From an uncultured archaeon (lineage in GTDB: Archaea > Asgardarchaeota > Thorarchaeia > Thorarchaeales > Thorarchaeaceae), in contig CAZPWM010000050.1 in NCBI GenBank assembly GCA_964590575.1, positions 1 through 21,531 on the forward strand: DNA of 21,531 nt. The letters are read 5' to 3'. Shown here piece after piece: positions 16,167 through 21,531 of the stretch. The notes below the pieces were generated by a model. That model worked only from the letters and a program-made list of their open reading frames with translations, made no database searches and was not told where the DNA came from. The position numbers and the translations under genes were made by a program. Every line of letters begins with the position of its first letter. Positions within the stretch are counted from its first letter, which is position 1.

Positions 16167-16785
16167 ATATGCGATACAGGTCTACATCCACTAAATGTTT
16201 AGGTTTTTTATGATACTCGAACAGTCGACCAATTGGAAACTGAAATGTTTCAAGCTGTGTCACTGTGGCTCCTAGCTTCTCTATCTCTTTGCTCAAGAAA
16301 ACCCTGTTCTTATCACCAGCGAGGTGTATGCTGTATGTCACATCAGCAATCGAGATAGCCGTTTTCAGAAATCTCAAATCGGCACCCCGATTTTTCACTC
16401 CGAACGGGGGATTACTTACCACGGTGTCTATCCGACTACATAGTTGGAAGGAGGAAACATCCCCCAGAACCCAATCTACGGTGTCTTCTATTCCGAGCAA
16501 TTGCGAATTCATTTGAGACGCCTTTAAGGCTTTGGTTTGTACATCAACTCCGATTGCCTTGCGTGCGCCCAAGAGTACTGCTCCGATGGCGAAGATTCCG
16601 TCACCGCAACCTAAATCACACACTATTCTATCTTTGATATCCCTGTGTTCCATTTGTGCTGCATAAAGAACAGAAGCCGCTATAGGAGCAGGGGTTGGAT
16701 ACTGTTCTAGAGATACGTCGTACTCCTCTAACCGCTTTATTGATTCAAGTGTAATCTCAAGATCTCTTAGACGCAAGAATTCCAC
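16147..16785 (-). CDS. METTL5-family N6-adenine RNA methyltransferase
   Basis: LEQYPTP, DLGCGDG, NPPFG, YSIH. The start may be the TTG at 16776. Confidence 0.93.
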   Translation of the reverse strand: MEFLRLRDLEITLESIKRLEEYDVSLEQYPTPAPIAASVLYAAQMEHRDIKDRIVCDLGCGDGIFAIGAVLLGARKAIGVDVQTKALKASQMNSQLLGIEDTVDWVLGDVSSFQLCSRIDTVVSNPPFGVKNRGADLRFLKTAISIADVTYSIHLAGDKNRVFLSKEIEKLGATVTQLETFQFPIGRLFEYHKKPKHLVDVDLYRICVEERE

Positions 16786-16872
16786 CTATTTGATGCTTTA
16801 TTCTATGAGTGAACCAAAGTCTGTACTGATGAAATGTGTGGTTTGTACGTGAAACAGCCGTTGGTAATACCC

Positions 16873-16954
16873 ACTCTTATGAGTTCCATGTACTCCATAG
16901 GCTCCAGTAGAAATCCATTGGAACTTACCTTAAGTTCTTATGGAAATATTTATG
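16873..16954. promoter_or_regulatory. Cluster of ORB/mini-ORB-like Orc1/Cdc6 binding motifs (candidate oriC or cdc6 autoregulatory site)
   Basis: GTTCCATG (16883), CTCCATAG (16893), CTCCAGTAGAAAT (16902), ATCCATTGGAAC (16913) and TTCTTATGGAAAT (16935), compared with the ORB core TTCCAGTGGAAA; immediately upstream of cdc6. Confidence 0.65.
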
Positions 16955-17004
16955 TTCTAGGTAGGTGTGATTAACGTCAGGTTCGGATTGGAGTAGATGT
17001 TTCG

Positions 17005-18252
17005 ATGGAAAAACCGCTCGATAAACTGTTTGATAAATTCTTGCAAGGCCAGGCGATTTTCAGGGATAGAACTGCGTTGAGACCCACATACGTACCTGAG
17101 AGTCTTCCATATAGAGATGACCAAATGAGTCGAATTGGGTCCATACTAGGACCGGCGCTCAGAGGGGCTCCGCCCTCCAATATTCTCTGTTACGGGAAGA
17201 CTGGTACTGGAAAAACTGTGGTGGCTAGATACGTACTTGATATGCTAGTGAAGAAAGCCGAAGAGAGTGGAATAAACGCACCTTTGACAGCTTTTGTGAA
17301 TTGTAGGATAGTCGGGACCAACTATAGAGTATTGAAACGATTGTGTGACGCAGTGGATGCAACCATGCCTGATGGGTCTGAGGTCCCGTTCACCGGACTC
17401 CCTACAGATGAGATTCGAGAGGTCTTGAAGAACAAGTTAGACTCCAAAACGAATATCCTTACAGTGGTACTTGATGAAGTTGACAGTTTATTGAAACGTG
17501 ATGTAAGTCAAGGTAACGATATTCTCTATGGTTTGACTAGAATGAATGGAGAGTTAGAGAGTAGTAGAATATCGATTATAGGGATAAGTAATGACTTAAC
17601 ATTCAAGGAGATGCTCGACCCAAGGGTCTTGTCAACTCTAGGGGAGGAAGAGGTAATTTTCTCACCCTACAATGCTGTAGAACTTAAGGGCATTTTGAAA
17701 CAGAGAGTGGAGCTAGCTTTCAACAAGACAGCTATTGGCGATGAGGGAGTAATCAATTTGGTTGGGGCTTTGGCAGCTCAAGAACATGGAGATGCACGTA
17801 GAGCACTCGATTTGTTAAGAACAGCAGGTGAGCTTGCAGAGAGAAGAGGGGATGAAGCGGTCACCCAGGATCACGTGCGTGAGGCACAGAAGGTTATTGA
17901 ACGTGACACAATAACTGAAACTGTGAAGACCCTTCCAATGCAGTCGAAAGCTGTTCTATTCGCAGTATACGTTTTGACGAGTAAAGGACAGCGAGATATC
18001 TTCACTGGTGAGTGTTATAACATCTATTCTGAGATAGCAAAATCCCTTTCTCTAGACACATTGACTCAAAGGCGTGTTTCCGATTTAATTTCGGAACTGG
18101 ATATGTTAGGTCTGATCAATACTACAGTGATCTCAAAGGGCCGCTATGGAAGAACGAAGAAAATTAAGCTGGCTGTAAGCAAGAGTCAGATTGGGGTCAT
18201 TTTGGATGATGATATTCGTCTCAGTAAGGTAGCTAAGGATATTCTTGACTGA
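17005..18252 (+). CDS. cdc6: Orc1/Cdc6 replication initiator
   Basis: Walker A GKTGTGKT, Walker B VLDEVD, GDARRALDLLR, C-terminal wHTH (RRVSDLISELDMLGLI, SKGRYGRT). Confidence 0.98.
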   Translation: MEKPLDKLFDKFLQGQAIFRDRTALRPTYVPESLPYRDDQMSRIGSILGPALRGAPPSNILCYGKTGTGKTVVARYVLDMLVKKAEESGINAPLTAFVNCRIVGTNYRVLKRLCDAVDATMPDGSEVPFTGLPTDEIREVLKNKLDSKTNILTVVLDEVDSLLKRDVSQGNDILYGLTRMNGELESSRISIIGISNDLTFKEMLDPRVLSTLGEEEVIFSPYNAVELKGILKQRVELAFNKTAIGDEGVINLVGALAAQEHGDARRALDLLRTAGELAERRGDEAVTQDHVREAQKVIERDTITETVKTLPMQSKAVLFAVYVLTSKGQRDIFTGECYNIYSEIAKSLSLDTLTQRRVSDLISELDMLGLINTTVISKGRYGRTKKIKLAVSKSQIGVILDDDIRLSKVAKDILD

Positions 18253-18271
18253 AATGGCTCGTATCCGACTA

Positions 18272-19894
18272 TTACGTGGACATATCATAGAAGAATCTCA
18301 CATCAGGTGCACCAGTTCTAAGATTCAGAAACGTGACAATGCCAGGAGTTGGTATGACTCCTTGTTTACGCATAAATTCGGTCTGGGATTGAAAAGTTCC
18401 TGAGTTGATGATTTGGACGCCACGATAGTTGTCAACAGCATTGTGATGAGCATGACCAAAATGCACTACATCGGGAGGTGTGTCAATCACCATCCAGTCT
18501 CTATTCAGAGGAGCAAGTTCGGTCTTCCCCCCATATATCGGTGCGAGATGACGTTTTTTGAGAAGTTCTTTCATTGGCATAGCAGGTTCGGTATATGAAG
18601 CTCCGGGAATACTCGTTACTAAATCATCTAAGCTGTCACCATGGGTCATCAGAACATTCACACCCTCAACAATTACCTGACTCGGATCACCCAACATTGT
18701 GATTTGGCTTCCAAGATTGTATAGCGGTTTCGCGAATTCCTCTGAAATTGGGGGTTTAGGTAGAGCCTGTCTAGTTGCATCGTGATTACCAGGGATACAG
18801 AAAATCTTGATGTGATTAGGAAGTTTGTTTAACTTGCTTGCAATGAGCGTATATTGGTCATAGATGCTCGTGATTGCCAAATCGTCTCTCTGTGAGGGAT
18901 AAACACTAATCCCATCTACCATATCACCAGCAATGAAGATGTATCTGATTTGTTTTACAATGGTTTTGTCCTCTTCATCAACATCATGCCCATTTAACCA
19001 ACTAATGAATTGGTCAAACTCATCTTCTAGAAATTCCTTACTTCCACAATGGATGTCTGATATGAAGACCGCAAAGACGTCTCGTTTAGCTCGGCCTACT
19101 TCTCGAGCAGTTGGGATATCAGGGAAGATGACATCATCAGCAATCATCCTAGCATCATCATCAACGAATCCAGAAATACAAGTAATTTCGTCTAGAAGTA
19201 AGGAGTTTGCCTTTTCTGAGAGTTGTTGTCCCTTCAGACCATCTCTAGTAGTAGGGACTATGCAGATTATTGATTCTTCTGCATCTTCCAGTTCAATAAT
19301 CACATTTCGCGACTGAGATATGCTCTTGTTCTTTACAATTCCAAGTACTGTCTGGGTTGTGCGGCTTGATGTACGCATACCCTCCTTGGTCATTGCTTTC
19401 CTCTGCCTTGCTGAATCCTTTCTTATCTTGGCAATTTGTGGGGATACCGCATTCTGTGTGTCAATTCGACTCATGTATATTCGTTTGATTCGATTGAACC
19501 GGTCTCTAAAGAGGGCTAAGAAATCGTCTACTGTTCCTTCTGATCCAACCTGCTCAGAGCTGGGGGTTTTTTCTATACGAAATGACCATTCTATGTCATC
19601 ATCGGACATAGGATTTGGTAGTAGTGTTTCAGGAGGAATTATTTCAGGTTCTTTGACAACTATCTCAGCTGCTTCTTCAAGTATTGTATCAGAACTCTGT
19701 CCTTCGATAAGTGATTCCACATAGAAACGAGAGAGCACGGGAGGATGTTTTATGGTTTCGTCAGCAAATATAATTGACTTGACTGTTTCAATAGGAGTGG
19801 CTAGGTGTAGAATGTAGTCTAATGCTTCAGGGGCTACTTGGAGTCCTGACTCGATTAACAACTTGAGTACATTGCGTCGAATTGAAGATGTCAA
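18272..19894 (-). CDS. DNA polymerase D small subunit DP1 (3'-5' exonuclease)
   Basis: FRDRFNRI, OB fold, calcineurin-like motifs SDIHCGS, GDMVDG, PGNHD, THG, GHAH; INSGTFQSQTEF; TTG start. Confidence 0.96.
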   Translation of the reverse strand: MTSSIRRNVLKLLIESGLQVAPEALDYILHLATPIETVKSIIFADETIKHPPVLSRFYVESLIEGQSSDTILEEAAEIVVKEPEIIPPETLLPNPMSDDDIEWSFRIEKTPSSEQVGSEGTVDDFLALFRDRFNRIKRIYMSRIDTQNAVSPQIAKIRKDSARQRKAMTKEGMRTSSRTTQTVLGIVKNKSISQSRNVIIELEDAEESIICIVPTTRDGLKGQQLSEKANSLLLDEITCISGFVDDDARMIADDVIFPDIPTAREVGRAKRDVFAVFISDIHCGSKEFLEDEFDQFISWLNGHDVDEEDKTIVKQIRYIFIAGDMVDGISVYPSQRDDLAITSIYDQYTLIASKLNKLPNHIKIFCIPGNHDATRQALPKPPISEEFAKPLYNLGSQITMLGDPSQVIVEGVNVLMTHGDSLDDLVTSIPGASYTEPAMPMKELLKKRHLAPIYGGKTELAPLNRDWMVIDTPPDVVHFGHAHHNAVDNYRGVQIINSGTFQSQTEFMRKQGVIPTPGIVTFLNLRTGAPDVRFFYDMST

Positions 19895-20041
19895 TTGGCC
19901 ACCGATTAAGGTGGTACGAGTTTCCTGTTTTAAACATCATCTATAGTGAATGGTAATTAAGGAGAGAAAGTACCTGCGGGAAATGTAATAAGCCGCCTAC
20001 ATGAAATTCAATTAGTATTCTTCTTTGTAAGGTGAAAGGAT

Positions 20042-21019
20042 ATGGTCAATATCAGGAGACTCCAGCAGACTGGTGGGAAAAATGGAAGTTCATTTTTGAT
20101 AATACTACCAAAAGACTGGGTGGTTCGACAAAAGCTGAGTAAAGGAGACCCTGTTGTAGTTGCAGAACGTGAAGATGGTTGTCTGATTGTCGATCCGCGC
20201 CTTCCAAAGGCTGGAGAAAGAAGAACAACTACTGCGCAGATAGAACAGAACCTACGATGGGAGATAACGAGTAGGTATCTGCTTGGTTTTGACGAAATTC
20301 GTATTGTCAGCAATGAACCCATCACAAATAGTCAAAGAGATGACCTGAAGCGGATAATCAAGCGATTTGTAGCCCTTGAGGTCACTGAAGAGGACGACCG
20401 TCAGATAGTAGTGCGATGTCTTGTAGACCCCGCAACTCTGCCCGTAAATACCGCTATGCGTAGAATGCATATCATCGCATCCAGAATGATTAGTGATTCA
20501 ATGGCAGCTTTTTTTGCAGGTGCAAAAGACCTAGCTGATGAAGTTGTGCAGCGAGATGAGGAAGTTGACCGTCTATTTTTCCTTATTGTCCGGGAATTGA
20601 GATCTGCAATTCAATACCCCAGAATGAGCGAAATGATGAGTATCACACCAGTTGAAGCCCTTGATTTTCGGCTTGCAGTACAGTATATTGAGAGAATAGC
20701 AGACTTGGCTGTTGATATCGCGCGGAGAGTTGAGGATCCCATCGAGGCTTCTCTGAAGAAAAAGATTGAACCTATCGTGGAAAAAGTATGTGAAATGTTC
20801 TCAGATGCGGTCAACAACTTGTTCAAGTTTAATACAAAAAAGGTGCAATCAGTTATTGAATCTGAAAGAGATTTGATTTCCGAAACAGGAAAACTTAGAC
20901 AGCATATCGTAGCTACTCCAAATGGACAGCCACAAACACAAGTCCTAGTTGTGGATAGCCTATTGAGAATGGGTGAAGCAGCAAAAGATATTGTGGACTT
21001 GGCACTACCACATAGTTAG
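20042..21019 (+). CDS. phoU: AbrB-PhoU phosphate uptake regulator
   Basis: RRLQQTGG..ILPKDWV (AbrB domain); RDEEVDRLFFLIVR and YIERIADLAVDIA (PhoU repeats). Confidence 0.93.
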   Translation: MVNIRRLQQTGGKNGSSFLIILPKDWVVRQKLSKGDPVVVAEREDGCLIVDPRLPKAGERRTTTAQIEQNLRWEITSRYLLGFDEIRIVSNEPITNSQRDDLKRIIKRFVALEVTEEDDRQIVVRCLVDPATLPVNTAMRRMHIIASRMISDSMAAFFAGAKDLADEVVQRDEEVDRLFFLIVRELRSAIQYPRMSEMMSITPVEALDFRLAVQYIERIADLAVDIARRVEDPIEASLKKKIEPIVEKVCEMFSDAVNNLFKFNTKKVQSVIESERDLISETGKLRQHIVATPNGQPQTQVLVVDSLLRMGEAAKDIVDLALPHS

Positions 21020-21030
21020 AGGGATGAAAA

Positions 21031-21531
21031 TTGACTCAGAAACTGTTTGGCACATCCGGCATCAGAGGATCTATCATTGAGAAATCAACCCCCGATTTAG
21101 CACTTGGCCTTGGGAGAGCACTTGGTTCATTTCTTGATGGAAGAGGAGTTGTAGGAGTTGGCGTCGATGCTCGAACATCACGAGAGATGTTGAGAAGTGT
21201 TCTTATTGGAGGATTACTCTCAACAGGAACTCATGTGGTGGACTTGGGTATTGCACCTATGCCCACTGTGGCATATTATAGCTCCATTAATGAAATTTCT
21301 TCATCTATTATTATAACAGCCAGCCACAATCCACCGACTGATAATGGATTCAAGTTCTTCGTTTCTGGTCGAGAATTCATCAGGTCGGAGGAGGTTTTCT
21401 TAGAAAATTCTGTGTACAATAAAGACTACAAAGTTGCATCCTGGGACAAAATTGGTCAAATTTCAAAGAAAGATATCAAAATAGACTATTTGTCCAAAGT
21501 GAAAGAATTTCTGTTGAGTAGGGGTGGAATA
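21031..21531 (+). CDS. Phosphohexomutase (PGM/PMM/GlmM family), 5' part, runs off the window
   Basis: Not in the ORF track. From the TTG at 21031: MTQKLFGTSGIRG ... GVDARTS ... DLGIAPMP ... ITASHNPPTDNGFKFF (phosphoserine motif). Confidence 0.93.
   Translation, partial: MTQKLFGTSGIRGSIIEKSTPDLALGLGRALGSFLDGRGVVGVGVDARTSREMLRSVLIGGLLSTGTHVVDLGIAPMPTVAYYSSINEISSSIIITASHNPPTDNGFKFFVSGREFIRSEEVFLENSVYNKDYKVASWDKIGQISKKDIKIDYLSKVKEFLLSRGGI

Noticed and set aside
14070-16516. Plus-strand ORFs including the His-rich 15284-15595
   Set aside because: Antisense to tfs, rpoL, csl4 and the methyltransferase; the His/Gly pattern is the reverse complement of the Csl4 low-complexity tail.
16873-16950. Short repeats as a CRISPR array
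   Set aside because: Units are about 9-13 bp and degenerate, with no spacers and no cas genes.
18413-20826. Short ORFs antisense to DP1 and phoU
   Set aside because: Shadow ORFs overlapping confident genes.
1-21531. tRNA/rRNA genes, transposases, integrases
   Set aside because: Intergenic gaps are short and show no cloverleaf or rRNA signature by eye; no ORF has DDE or recombinase motifs. A tRNAscan/Infernal run would be needed to exclude small RNAs.

Overview
Archaeal chromosomal core region. GGTG/GGAG ribosome-binding sites, frequent TTG/GTG starts and the gene repertoire suggest an Asgard archaeon, possibly Thorarchaeia (inference only). Right half: an information-processing cluster. cdc6/orc1 (+) is preceded by a divergent intergenic region packed with ORB-like motifs (candidate oriC) and converges on PolD small subunit DP1. 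Diverging from it on the minus strand are METTL5-type methyltransferase, csl4, rpoL, an RNase III-like protein, tfs, an RPA3-like OB protein, two tandem PCNA paralogues, priS (with a duplicated Zn-ribbon), GINS15 and two small unknown ORFs. Left half, same strand: hdrC-hdrB, two hdrA-like genes with QmoA/QmoB-like architecture (the second fused to MvhD), a translationally coupled 754-aa protein with two wHTH-like repeats and a 2x[4Fe-4S] domain, an acyl-CoA dehydrogenase and a cupin. Edges: partial HD-domain gene and SnoaL-like gene (left); AbrB-PhoU regulator and partial phosphohexomutase (right). No RNA genes, CRISPR arrays or mobile elements were seen. Best leads: the Hdr/Qmo-like operon with its wHTH-FeS partner, the diverged PCNA pair (only one keeps the K164-equivalent lysine), the candidate origin and the double Zn-ribbon primase.
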